From: Ministeria vibrans ATCC 50519
Taxonomy: Eukaryota > Protista > Filasterea
Direction of reading: 5' to 3'
Assembly: GCA_943704425.1 (NCBI GenBank)
Contig: CALSCP010000648.1
Location: forward strand, 17,359-81,358
DNA: 64,000 bases
The position numbers and the translations under genes are program-made. Below are positions 1 through 11,211 of this stretch, in pieces (the first letter of the stretch is position 1; every line of letters starts with the position of its first letter). The notes below the pieces were generated by a model, which ran no database searches, was not told the DNA's origin, and saw only the letters and a list, made by a program, of their open reading frames with translations.

Positions 1-123
1 AGCGCCGTACTCAACGGAATCGACATCAAAACACCTGCCAATGGTGAACTCATGTCGGCCGCACTCTTTTTCGACTCGCCCTTTGAGACGGAGCGCGAAG
101 AGAGTCTCGTGCCCGCTCTGTAA
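1..123 (+). CDS. Probable 3' end of an unidentified gene entering from the left edge
   Basis: Frame 1 is open from base 1 (SAVLNGIDIKTPANGELMSAALFFDSPFETEREESLVPAL) to TAA at 121-123. It is GC-rich like neighbouring exons and is followed by AT-rich UTR-like sequence. No recognisable motif. Confidence 0.3.
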   Translation, partial: SAVLNGIDIKTPANGELMSAALFFDSPFETEREESLVPAL

Positions 124-381
124 AGGGTTGTGTCTTTGCAGGGAATTTGCAATAATAATTATTATACAAATTTGTACATATACAATAAGCGACTATCTCT
201 CTCTCACCCTCGCTCGCTCTCACTTTTGTTTCTGACAAACGAGAGAGAGAGAGGGAGGGAGCGAGATAGAGAGCGAGAAATTCAAGCGGAAATTTGCCGC
301 TCATTTTCTTTTTTTGTGGAATTATTCTCTTTATTCTTGATAGTAATCAGAACACACAAGGGATTGAGAGAGGAGATGACG

Positions 382-1254
382 TTAGTCGAGGGGAAGAACC
401 GCATTGTAATGGGCACCCAATGAGAGCTCGTGGGAGTGGAAAGCCAGCTGGACCAGGAGGGGCTGCGCTGAGGCGCCCGTGTCAAGGGTGGGCGCATTTG
501 CACGGTGCACGCGGATCAGCGCATCAAGCACACCCGACATCGCCTGAAGGTCACACGCAGCATACAGAATAGGCCGTGAGAAAACGCAAATCGTATCCCT
601 TTGTTCTCTTCCTCATAATCACTTTGATTCTCTCTCACTATCACTTTGTTTCTTTCTCCCCTCTCTCTCTATCACTTGGTTTCTTTCTCCTCTCTCTCTC
701 TCTATCACTTTGTTTCTTTCTCCTCTCTCTCTCTCCTTTTACGTACGGTGATTTCAGGGTGTCCTCCCCACTCTGCTGTGTTTTCAATCCGATCGCAATA
801 CTCTGAAAACCCATTTTCATCCAAAGGATCCCCATTCTGCAAAAGAAGAAATCCCCGCAACAAAGTCATAAACACACACAGAGAGACATGGTCATTTTTT
901 GAATTGACTCTTACTGGGTCCGTCAAAAATGGCACAAAGTCCTCCTTGTGGGATCGAATGTGATTGGCAGTCAACTGTCGCAACTCCTTCCAATTGTACC
1001 CTACGCATAACCCCCCGCCCAATCAGGGTTATCATTTTCTTCTCTCTTTATCGCTTTCTTCTCTCCTCTCTCTTTCTAGACCACCGTTCTCTCCACCACT
1101 TGGTATTTTTTTTTTGTTTCTCTATCCACTCTCTTTTATTCCTTACGTCCCTGCAGCTGACAGGCAATTGCCTTGTACAGACAATGTCCATCGGCATCCA
1201 CTGTCTCCAGTCGCAGCCCTTGTGGCCGCAAACGCTCGACCAGCGCCTGTCTAT

Positions 1255-1296
<42 letters not shown>

Positions 1297-1980
1297 AGTA
1301 AGACAAAAAATTACTAATAAAGTACCTTTCAATGTCCCGCTTAGACGGCCCCGCATTCTCAATGCCAAGGCGTATCCTCTCTTGCTGTTCGAACCGTTCC
1401 CTCTCCTTCCCAATCAAGCCAAACAAACACAAAGAAAACGAAAAATAAAATCAGACACACTCAACAATGTCACAACCGTATAATACCTTCTTCTCGCGTC
1501 GTTTCTGTGCGCGCGACTTCTTCTCGCCCTCTTCGTTTCCCACCTCGTCTGCAGCACCAGCCCCGTCGTCGTCGACACCCCCGTCACCAGTGCGTGTGCA
1601 TGTCGCTGTCGATGCGCCTGAGTCCGCTGCTGCTGCTGCTGCTGCTGCTTCAGCAAGCTCACGCGTGTGGCGCGCAGCCGTCTCCGCCTCGAGTTCGCCA
1701 ATCTCTGTTTTGGCGGCCTTGGCGCGCTTCTTGTCCCCCTTTTCGTTACAACCACACAGATACAGCAAGCGAGAGGGTATTTAGTGACGCGCTGCGCCAC
1801 GCGGGTGTCCAGCGAACACAGCGATCGCACCTTTGGAACGGCCCGCTTGATTCCCTGAATGCGCGACTGCAGCTCTTTCAGTTCACGGCGATGCCTCGCC
1901 ACCGTCGTCTCCACAGCAGACTCTTCCTCGCTCACTCCTTCCTCGTGTGATACACTTGCCTGCTCCTCGGCGTCCGACAT
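382..1980 (-). CDS. OTUD6B: OTU-domain deubiquitinase, OTUD6/Otu2 family (multi-exon)
   Basis: Spliced product: N-terminal RHRRELKELQSRIQGIKR coiled coil, DADGHCLYKAIACQL (catalytic Cys loop), LRQLTANHIRSHKEDFVPFL, AEWGGHPEI and LGAHYNAV (catalytic His). GT-AG introns; stop at 382-384. Confidence 0.92.
616..735. repeat. Tandem array of the dispersed ATCACTTTGTTTCTTTCT(CT)n unit
   Basis: Four units in an OTUD6 intron. The same unit recurs at ~14300-14405, ~26505-26640, and reverse-complemented at ~7925-7957, ~37410-37495 and ~60150-60225. Confidence 0.85.
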
Positions 1981-2119
1981 AATTAAAAGTGTGAACAGTA
2001 ATTAATCTTGAAAGATCATTCAATCTATCTCTTCAACCACTCTTCAATTGTTCTCAATTGGCATTGACAATTGTCATTTGTCAACACAATTTTGTTAAAT
2101 CCATATTCATTCATTCGAC

Positions 2120-2803
2120 ATGAGCAAGCAGCAGCTGGAAGGAATCGCCATCCGCTCGGCCGTGGAGGCTGATCTGCGGGAGATCGTCGATAAACAGTGG
2201 TGTATGGCCAAGGAGACCGAGGTGCGATTTTGTGCTTCTGTCACCTCCACCCATGTTCCCATGTATCGTTATTGTCTGCAGGACCTCGAGCTTGACAAGG
2301 ATGTCTTGACAAAGGGCGTTTTGAGAGTGCTTCAATCTGTACGTTCCCTCTCACTCACGCACTCCCATCTCACCCGATCGTCGCGGCGTCGCCCGTCCCA
2401 TTCACTATAGGAAGAAAAAGGCTTCTATTTGGTGGCCGAAGAGATCGAAACGGGGGCGTTTGCGGGGTGTTTGATGATCACCAAAGAATGGAGCGACTGG
2501 CGCAATGGCGACTACTGGTGGCTCCAGTCAGTCTATGTCGTGCCTGCCTTTCGCCGGCGCGGCATCTTCTTTGCCATGGTGGATGCAGTACGCCAGCGTG
2601 GCCGTGCCGCTGGCAATGTTGCACGTCTATCGCTCTATGTCGAGCGCACCAATGAGACTGCCAAGAGAACCGTACGCACTAACCTCTTCACAGTCACACT
2701 ATTGACCATTTTGATTTGTTTGTTTTTTGTGTATGTGTAGTACGAGAAGCTGGGAATGCACCTGTCACACTATGATATGTTCGACTTGAGTGGGCCTATT
2801 TAA
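2120..2803 (+). CDS. GNAT-family N-acetyltransferase (4 exons)
   Basis: EWSDWRNGDYWWLQSVYVVPAFRRRGIF contains acetyl-CoA motif A (RRRG); LYVERTN..AKRT|YEKLGM is motif B. Three GT-AG introns give a continuous frame. Confidence 0.9.
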
Positions 2804-3066
2804 CTCATTATGTACAACAATATAACATGTTATGATTCACATTCGACAATTGTCACACCCATTGACCATTGAGTAATGATCAGTGCTTAAAGGTTTAACT
2901 TAAAGTTACGCAGACCGGCAGTCGGCAGACATACCCTTTTAATTTCAACTTTTAAGGTCTGTGACTACTAATCTGAATTTACCGAACGAGTTACGTTGTC
3001 ACTACCCACTTAAAATTATAATAATTATCATTTATTTTATCTGTCTCATCATTTATTTTCCCCCAT

Positions 3067-3476
3067 ATGCATCCATCAGAGATGAACGAACACATTGCCT
3101 TCCTTGTGGCGGAACACTTTGTATAAGGAGGAAAAATCCATCACGATTGTTCTCAACCCTTCTCTCGTCACTCGTCCCTCTCCCTCTCGCCCCTCTCTCG
3201 TGCTTCCAGTCAAACCAATTGGCCGCCGGTGCAATCACGGGTGACGCTGCGGAGAGCGTGGAAGGTATGCAGGGAACGCGTGTGCGTCTGAACTCGTCTT
3301 ATGTGTGTGTGTGTGTCTGTGTGTCGCAGTTGCCGTCCAGTGTCTCACCGACGCCTTCTCGCTCGACCTCTCCGACGACACAACGCGTGCCAATATGAGC
3401 ATTGCTCCAGCTACCCTGCCACAGGTAGTGTCGCCGTCAAACAGACTTCACACAATGTCGACATGACTGAATTTAC

Positions 3477-3514
<38 letters not shown>

Positions 3515-4535
3515 TGCGTCTCTCTTGAAGGTTCTGTCATTGGCAGTCGAAACGGCGCGCAAATCTCGTGCCGCCAAGACACCTGCAAGCACAGCCACCG
3601 CATCGTCTGCCACTGCAGCCCCCACAGAGAGTGCAGCGGAGAAGAAAGCGAAAGCAGACACACTGAAGACAAAGGGAAACGATGCCATGAAAGCCGGCAA
3701 GCTGGCCGAGGTAGGAAGGCCGCTGCCAGTTGCTTTTAAAAGACATACTTATTCAAATATTGTAGGCACATGAGTTGTACTCGCAAGCAATCGACGTGGT
3801 CGGGGCGTCGTCCGAGGCGGCTGCCGTGTACTTCTCCAACCGGGCAGCAGTGCATCACGCACGCGCAGACTACACGCAGTCGCTTGAGGACGCACGCAAG
3901 GCCGTCCAGTGCGACCCCAACTTCAGCAAGGCCCACTCGCGCATTGGGTATGCAGTAATACATATAATTTTATATTTATATAATCCCCCAATCAATTGTG
4001 TTCTCAGAGTGGCGCACTATGCATTGGGCGAGTTTGCGGCTGCGTGCGATGCCTATGAGTCAGCTCTACGCATCGATCCAGACAATGCGACGTACAAGAA
4101 GAACTTGGAAATGGCGCAGTCTAAAGTGAAGACCGCCGAACCGTCGACCGGAGCAGATGCCGGTGCGCCGGGTGCACCAGGGGGCATGCCTGACATCGCC
4201 TCCATGATGCGCAACCCGCAAATGATGAATATGGCACAGCAGATGATGCAGGTCCCTCACTTCACACTCGCCCCGCCTCTAATCTTGCTTACTTTGAAAA
4301 CGTTTGTTTATAGTCGGGCGCTCTGAATGATCTTATGTCAAACCCCGCAATGGCGCAAATGGCCCAGGGTCTCATGGGCGGTGCGGGTGGTGCGGGCGGT
4401 GGCGGTGCGGGCGGTATGGCCAACCTCATGAACATGTTTTCAGGCATGGGCGGTGCTGGAGCGGGTGGAGCAGGAGGGACAGGTGCAGACGACGCTGAGT
4501 CGTCTCTCCCCGAATCCCTCGATTCTGTCGAATAA
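3067..4535 (+). CDS. SGTA: SGTA/Sgt2 TPR co-chaperone (7 exons)
   Basis: N-terminal dimerisation motif AESVEVAVQCLTDAF; three TPRs (ADTLKTKGNDAMK, VYFSNRAA, FSKAHSRIG, ALRIDPDN); C-terminal Met/Gln/Gly-rich NP repeats. Confidence 0.93.
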
Positions 4536-4596
4536 ATTATAAATTCCCATTTTCATTCCTTGAGGTTTACTTTTATTTTTTTAAAAAAAAATCAGG

Positions 4597-4632
<36 letters not shown>

Positions 4633-4675
4633 CAAAAATATGGGTTTTTTGCTGTTGAGTTTGGCAGTGACTTAC

Positions 4676-5024
4676 CCAATGGTGCTCTCGCTTGCCTCGT
4701 TGAAGGTGTCGCTTACAAAGCGCATTACTAACGACGACTTGCCGACGCCAGCGTCCTACACACACGACACGCAGTCAGAGGGGCGCGGGGACTGAGCGGG
4801 GGGCGGCAGTGAGACAAACGGGCATGCCGCCGCAAACCAGGGCCCGACGGGCAGAGGGGAGCGGCCGGAGGGGGTGCAGGGATGCAGGGCGGGGGCGGCG
4901 AGGAGGGCGCAACGCCCGCAGGTGTGCGTGGGGGCGTTTGCAGCGATCTCCGTTTGTGAGCACTGTCTCCATGCACCCAACTTACTCCTAAAAGACATAA
5001 TTTTATCTCTCGTAATGCTGTCAT
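4676..5024 (-). CDS. RAB22: Rab22/Rab31-like small GTPase, first two exons only
   Basis: Exon 1 MTALREIKLCLLG|gtaagt; exon 2 (4755-4676) DAGVGKSSLVMRFVSDTFNEASESTIG|gtaagt, containing the P-loop and switch I of the Rab5/22 group. No G3-G5 exons found in the window. Confidence 0.75.
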
Positions 5025-5209
5025 TTGTGTAAGCAAGAGTTAAATAATAAGAAAACTGTTTTATGTTTAGGTTTGAATTAAGAATTCTTAACAGTAGAGA
5101 TTAGAGAAATAGAGATTACCCTTTTTTTTCATTCTCTTGTCACAACACAGAGCATCTTGTGAGACGTCAGGAGTGTCTACTAAAGTACTGATTCGCAGTG
5201 ACTGGCGCG

Positions 5210-6823
5210 ATGGACTTTCCAATCATGACGGAGGATGGCGTCAAACAGCTTTTGCAAGCGCCACCCTCCGCCGTCACCCGCCAGCTTGTCGACGGCCTCC
5301 TCTACGCCCTTGAACGATCGCATGCCGCTGCTTCCGCCGCGAACAGCCACCCCCCGTGCGTGGACTCTGAATCAGATTGCAGCGAGACACATTTGTTTGG
5401 AAACGAATGTCATGCGAGTCCCACTGCCATTGCTGAGCTCTTTCCAGCCGTCGTGCTGCCGGCATGCGTCGCGCTGTTGCGTGCTGACGGCGACGCTCTG
5501 GCTGAGCTTGTAAGGGACTGGCCCTTTGACGACGATGGTGTTGAAACTGGACTGATGGCCCGTGACATTCCGACTCTCGTGGAGGCGGCCGATGCAGTGG
5601 CGGCCGCTGCTACTGCTCGTGACGACAATGATGAGGATGATGCGGTGGACGACGAGGACCTGGATGACGATGACTTCGTCTTCGAAGACATGGACAATGT
5701 AGAACCACCCGTGGCGGCGGCAACTGCTTCCGACGACGCCCGTTTGACCGCGCTTTCGGCAGACGTTGTGCAGCATCGTCTGCGACACTCCCTTGATCTC
5801 ATGCTCTGCGCCACTTCGCTTTGGCTGCCTCATGTCACACTTGAAATGTGGGAGCGACGCAGTATATGTGAAGGATTGCGCACCTTGGGACAGGCAGTGT
5901 TCCAACACCATCCTCTCTGTTTAGCACACTTCTTTGGGGCCCTGTGTGCCGGCACACCTGCCCCACTTGTCGAGCATACAGTGTCACTCTGTGCGTCCTT
6001 CTCCAGCGCTACGTCACTACCGTCCGCCACGCCTACAACAGCGAGCACGCGTGAGGCGCTGTGTAATGCGCTTGCCGAGGCCGCTGCACACGCAACCCTC
6101 GGGGACATGTGGGTGGCCGTGCTCTTGCGCGAGCAATTTTTTGCGTCTCTTGTCGCGCACTCTTTGCTGACCATTACCAATTTTGACGAGTGGGCAGGTG
6201 GCCCCGCGCGTCTTGTACATGCGCTAGCCCAACGCACCTCAGCGGCCCCCTTACTTCTTCAGTCGGGTGTGTGGCGTGCAGCCGTTGCCGCCACTGTGCA
6301 CCCGCTCACCCCGCCCGTCGCCCGCCTACCACTCCTTTCTGCTCTCATGCACGGCGCCGCCACATCTCCGTCTCTTGCCTCTTTTACGCTTGCCGTGCCT
6401 TCTCTTTGCACGCTTCTTTTCGAAAGCGAGTCGTTTCGCAGCGAATGCGCTCCCGAGCACATTATCTGGCTGGCCATTGCGCGGCGCTCTTCCGAAGCGC
6501 ACTCGGCTGTGCTTGCACTCGCCCCGGAATACCCCACACCATCACCACCACCAACAACAACAACAGCAGCTGAAGCAACATCGTCGTCGTCGTCGTCGTC
6601 CGAAGCGCTCGTGGAACGTCCGTGGCGTCGTCTTCTGAATGCGCTTCGCACCATTTCGACTGTCGCGCGTCTACCTCCACCTCTCAACGCTTCCTTTGCT
6701 ACTCTTCTCACTCGTCTCTCCCGTTGCGACACAAGTGCTCTCCCGGAAAGCACCCTGTCCCTTCGTAACGACGCCATGCGACGTCTCAAGACTCTAGCGC
6801 CCGACGATCGCAAGTTGGATTGA
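5210..6823 (+). CDS. Hypothetical intronless protein (~537 aa), Leu/Ala-rich, probably helical, with an acidic insert
   Basis: Long GC-rich ORF between AT-rich spacers; first ATG at 5210. No motif recognised. Confidence 0.7.
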   Translation: MDFPIMTEDGVKQLLQAPPSAVTRQLVDGLLYALERSHAAASAANSHPPCVDSESDCSETHLFGNECHASPTAIAELFPAVVLPACVALLRADGDALAELVRDWPFDDDGVETGLMARDIPTLVEAADAVAAAATARDDNDEDDAVDDEDLDDDDFVFEDMDNVEPPVAAATASDDARLTALSADVVQHRLRHSLDLMLCATSLWLPHVTLEMWERRSICEGLRTLGQAVFQHHPLCLAHFFGALCAGTPAPLVEHTVSLCASFSSATSLPSATPTTASTREALCNALAEAAAHATLGDMWVAVLLREQFFASLVAHSLLTITNFDEWAGGPARLVHALAQRTSAAPLLLQSGVWRAAVAATVHPLTPPVARLPLLSALMHGAATSPSLASFTLAVPSLCTLLFESESFRSECAPEHIIWLAIARRSSEAHSAVLALAPEYPTPSPPPTTTTAAEATSSSSSSSEALVERPWRRLLNALRTISTVARLPPPLNASFATLLTRLSRCDTSALPESTLSLRNDAMRRLKTLAPDDRKLD

Positions 6824-6976
6824 TTATTATTTTCATTGTACAATAACTCAAGTGTGACATGATTGGAATAATTGTTAATCCATTTACATTTTAGTTACAA
6901 TCAATTGGAAATGTCTTTTCTAGTTACAAATCTGAAATCTTACAATCAATATTAATAATTCAACGTACCCCTGTGT

Positions 6977-7899
6977 ATGCCGCTGCGTCGGAGCCAGCCA
7001 GATCAACAGCACCAGTCGCACTTCCACTTGCTGATCGCCCTTGCTGTGCCCATCGCCTTTCTTCTTGCTGGTGTTCTCGTCGCATCCCTCACCAAGGAAA
7101 TGCGAGGTCGCACGGCCGCTGTGCGCGCGCTCGTCTCGCGGGCCACCCGTTCACCCTTACGGCTCGACTCGTCGGCCTACGAAGTGAACGTGAGCGCTCT
7201 CGAGTCGCCGTTGCGCGAGGCATTTGTGCCGCTGTCGGCCGACGAGCGCACGCGCGCCTTCCTCGACTATAGCGAGGCGCAGTCGTGGTCCTGGCCCTTG
7301 CAAACGTACTATACCATTGCCAAGGTCAGCAGCATGGCGGCAGTCCCTGGAGAGATTCTCTTTGTATAATAATGTTGCGTTGTAGTCTGTCTTGACACTC
7401 TTCATGAGTTCCACAAGCGCCAACGGTAAAACACTTGAAACTGTTGCGTGTCCGTCGCTCTTGTGCTGAACAGTACCATGCACTTGTTGTGTGCCAGGAC
7501 TCTTGGGGCGTGGGCGCATGTTTGTGTGCTCTACAGCGCAATTCCATCGGCTGCTGTTGGTGCGCGACGAAACGGACGAGGCGCAGTCGATGCTCGATGT
7601 GGGCGCAGGCGACGGATACGTCACCCGCGAACTGGCGCCTCTCTTTGACAGTGTCACTGCCACGGAGACATCGCCTCTCATGGCCTGGCGATTGCGCAGC
7701 GCCGGCTTTGAGTCTATAAGCGCAGATGATCTCAACGACGAGGCGCTGCACAATCGAAAGTTCAATTGTGTTTCGTGTCTCAATGTGCTCGACAGGTAAG
7801 GCACAATGTCACAAATACGCGCTTACTCACACTCTTTTTGTCATTAGATGCGAACGACCCATTTCACTTCTTCACGCAATGCTCAGCAAACTCAAACCC
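6977..7899 (+). CDS. METTL9: METTL9/DREV-family protein-histidine methyltransferase, 3' end lost at assembly gap
   Basis: N-terminal hydrophobic segment; FMSSTSANG|LLGRGRMFV; SAM motif MLDVGAGDG; ATETSPLMAWRL; VSCLNVLDR|CERP. Breaks off in an intron at the gap 7958-7965. Confidence 0.92.
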
Positions 7900-7957
7900 G
7901 TCAGACACACAGAGAGACAATAAGAGAGAAAGAGAGGAGAAAGAAACAATGTGATAG

Positions 7958-7965
7958 NNNNNNNN
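7958..7965. other. Assembly gap (8 N)
   Basis: Run of N. Confidence 1.
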
Positions 7966-8269
7966 AAAATCAGGAAAAAAAAAAAAAAAAAATTCGCCAA
8001 GCAAGATCGCCAAGAAACCACATCCTACGCCTCTCCGGCCTCCCTGGCACCCATCCAGGCACCCACACCCTCTACTAACCACACAGTACACTACCAGAGC
8101 AGACGGGGCCGCACAAGCGCCTACGTGGCCCGCATGAAAAATAAATGTCTCAACTGCGACGTCGCACTTCCAACCAAATAACCATCCATGATGATGCAAC
8201 ATCACAACAATGCAAAACCATAATAATCGTAAATCCAGTCTTATTCATTTCATTCTGCTCCTGAATCTG

Positions 8270-9334
8270 ATGGTTACCCCTACATCGTCGAGTCGGCCAC
8301 GAGGCAGCCCGTCGGCCATGCAGCGCGCGCGTCTCTCGCTCACTCCCCTTTCGATATCAGTCACTTCGTCGTCTCGCGTTGCCACAACCGTCCATCCAAC
8401 CCGCAGCGCCAGCCCCGCCACGCCCGCCCATGACGTCTACAGCACCACCCCAAGTCCATCTGCTAGTGTGGCAGCGTCGTCCACGCCGCCCTTGTCGCCT
8501 CAGCAGTGTCTTTTCGAATATGAAACAAAAAAAATTGTCGGGGAAATCGAGTCGTACAGTTTCGGCGCGCACGGCGTTGTCGAGATTCGTGGGGGCATCG
8601 CTCGCAAGCAAGCATCCCCGTCGCTTGACAGTCAGTCTCAGCTGCGCAACGAGGCCCGCGTCCTTGCCGCCATTCCGCCCAACCGCAACATCGTCCGATT
8701 ACGTTGCGCAACGTCGACCCTACAAAATGACGACGCGACCTGCGCCGCCATTGAAATGGACGCGTGCGGGCCCAACCTGCGCAAATGCAGTCAGTCTGAT
8801 GAGTGGACCGACGAGGAAGCCGTGCGCGCCATTCGCGACACCGCGCGAGCCCTCGAACACGTTCACGCGAGCGGGTTTCTTCACAACGACGTCAAAATCG
8901 ACAACATACTCCGCGACCACGACAACTCCCACTACCGCCTGTGCGACTTTGGTCTGGCCTCGCCCCTTGGCGGGCCCCACGAGTTTGTCGGCACCGCCTC
9001 GCACCTTGCCCCCGAGGTCCACGATGGTCTCCACTTCTCCCCCAAGTCGGACGTCTGGTCCCTCGGCGCCGCCGCCCGCCAGCTCGTCGGCGGCCTCGCC
9101 CACCCACTCGCCGACCAACTCGACCACATTGAAGAGTACAAGTTTGCTCTGTGCCTTCGCTCTGTGCATTCCCATTTCCCGCCCAGCCGCAACGCCCCCA
9201 GCGACTGTCGCAGCGCCCTCTACGACGTCATCAATGGATGCATGTGCTACAACGTCAGCGACCGATGGACCACGCAACACGTTGTGGCGCGTCTCGACTG
9301 TGCAATCAGCGAGACACCCCGTAGGCGCCCCTAG
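8270..9334 (+). CDS. Divergent intronless Ser/Thr protein kinase (non-RD)
   Basis: FGAHGVV Gly loop, IARK, LRNEARVL (alphaC Glu), LHNDVKIDN, CDFG, GTASHLAPE, SDVWSLG. An alternative in-frame ATG lies at 8210. Confidence 0.88.
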   Translation: MVTPTSSSRPRGSPSAMQRARLSLTPLSISVTSSSRVATTVHPTRSASPATPAHDVYSTTPSPSASVAASSTPPLSPQQCLFEYETKKIVGEIESYSFGAHGVVEIRGGIARKQASPSLDSQSQLRNEARVLAAIPPNRNIVRLRCATSTLQNDDATCAAIEMDACGPNLRKCSQSDEWTDEEAVRAIRDTARALEHVHASGFLHNDVKIDNILRDHDNSHYRLCDFGLASPLGGPHEFVGTASHLAPEVHDGLHFSPKSDVWSLGAAARQLVGGLAHPLADQLDHIEEYKFALCLRSVHSHFPPSRNAPSDCRSALYDVINGCMCYNVSDRWTTQHVVARLDCAISETPRRRP

Positions 9335-9583
9335 GCCTGGGCAACGACGCAGTCAACAAATTGAACCGCTGTAACAGACGAATTCATTTAATTTTTAACC
9401 ATCACGAATAAACCGCAATCATGTACTCTTAAAACTTAAAATTAATAATAATAATTATTTTATTACAATTATAATTGTATTCAGTAACATATTGAACGTA
9501 ACTGTAGCGTCGTACATGTACGTACAGTACGAGTAGTTTACATCAAATTTTATACAACCGTGACGTGAACACAATTTTATTCG

Positions 9584-10131
9584 TCATTGTGCTCGCTCCA
9601 GACGTGCAATCACATTGGCAAGCGTCCACCGTTCGCTTGCGTCGTACACGGCACACCCGAGCACCACATCGTGCAGAGCGTCAAAGTAGCGCTCCTCAAG
9701 CGTTTGGGACTCACTCTTGTCATCGCCATGTACAAGTGAGCCTGACGGTCTCATCCAGGGTGCACAGTGTGCCTTGTTGACGGTCAAGTCGGGAAAATCG
9801 TCCGCCTGGCAGGGCCACACGGCGTCGCGCTCTTCCATCACTCCCTTCAGAGGGTTTGTGCCGCCCACCAAGACATGTCGTGCCAGCATTCCCACTGCAT
9901 AAATGTCCGATTGCGCAGTGTGACGGCCGCGCGGCACTGTGATCCCGTCGCCCTTGAGCTCGGGCGCCGCATAGGAAACGCGACCAAACGAGCACGCGCC
10001 AGCATTCTTCCGCCGTCCCTCCCAGTGGAAATGGGCCAGGCCAAAGTCGCCCAAGCGAAACGTCGACTGTGCACCTTCACTTCCATTGTGATTGTCATCC
10101 CGCATAATGTTGGATGCCTATCAAATGAATA

Positions 10132-10164
<33 letters not shown>

Positions 10165-10780
10165 GACGGGCGCTGTCGACAAAAAGGAAGCGACGTCGAG
10201 AAAATTCCTAATAATAAATAATAATAATAATAATAAAAATCATTACCTTGACGTCGCAGTGAACAACTCCAAGCTCGTGAACGTGCACAAGAGCCCGACT
10301 GGTGTCTAGGACCACTTGACGAGCATCATAAACGCTCATGCGTGCCGTTTTGAGGTCCGACGACACGTCCGTGGTGTAGCGGGACATTGAGAAGCCGCTT
10401 TGGTGTGCGGGCAGCTCGGAGGGCTCTTCGGGAAGGATCTCGACGATGTTCTTATGAGAGCCACAGTACCGAAGCTTTGCTTCGTCGTTTCGCATGTGGC
10501 GGTAGGCGGCTCTGTCGGCGATATCGGCCAGTTTCACAGCGGTGTTTTTTTTGAGGGTGACCCTGTTGAAGAAGCCCGAGACGTCCCCGTGCAAGTCCGC
10601 AAGCGCCGTGTGCGTGTCCAAGTCACTCAAACGTGATTGGGAACCGTCCGAGCAGACGGTGGAGACACTCGTGCCTCGCATGCGCGAGCGCTTGGCGACA
10701 ATTGAGTCCGTCGGAGAGTTCTTGTTCGCCATATTCAGATAGGGATGAAAACGTCGCGTAGTTGAAGTAGAGATATTCAT
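9584..10780 (-). CDS. Divergent Ser/Thr protein kinase (non-RD), one intron 10118-10246, paralogue of the 8270-9334 kinase
   Basis: TAVK, VVHCDVK|ASNIM, GDFGLA, YAAPE, SDIYAVG. A GT-AG intron joins the two ORF-track fragments. Confidence 0.85.
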
Positions 10781-11211
10781 AGAATGGGTAATCGGGTATG
10801 AAAAGGAGTTTAGAGCGTCGACAACAATACAACAGTGAAAATAAAAGTGGTTTATTGGATAAAATTAATTTTATAGCTTTTTTTTTCGAGAAAAAACAAA
10901 GTCTCGTTCAACTGAAAAGTGCCAAAACTGCCTTTCTGCTGACTTGCCCTTGCAACGCGCAGGACAGTTGGGTTTGTATAACTCTAAACCCCGCCTGGCC
11001 GCCTCTGAACGTCGAGTCGTTTAGCATTTCAAGTCGATTTCCTCAACCCCCTAATTTTTGCGGGTGATTCGCCTGTCGAAATGTCAAAAAAAAAAAAGTG
11101 TCCCCTTACAAAAGAACCATTTTCATTTTGAGGGTTCTAAAGTGGTCTTTCGAAACATGAAAACAAAACAAGCACACGGCAGTGGTTAAGTGGTTAATGG
11201 TTTAATGAGAT

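Noticed and set aside
616-735. Repeat-spacer-like array resembling CRISPR
   Set aside because: The spacers are simple (CT)n runs, the context is a eukaryotic intron, and there are no cas genes.
9511-9522. 12-bp palindrome CGTACATGTACG between the convergent kinases
   Set aside because: A single short palindrome in GTAC-rich sequence; no supporting structure such as terminal inverted repeats or a transposase.
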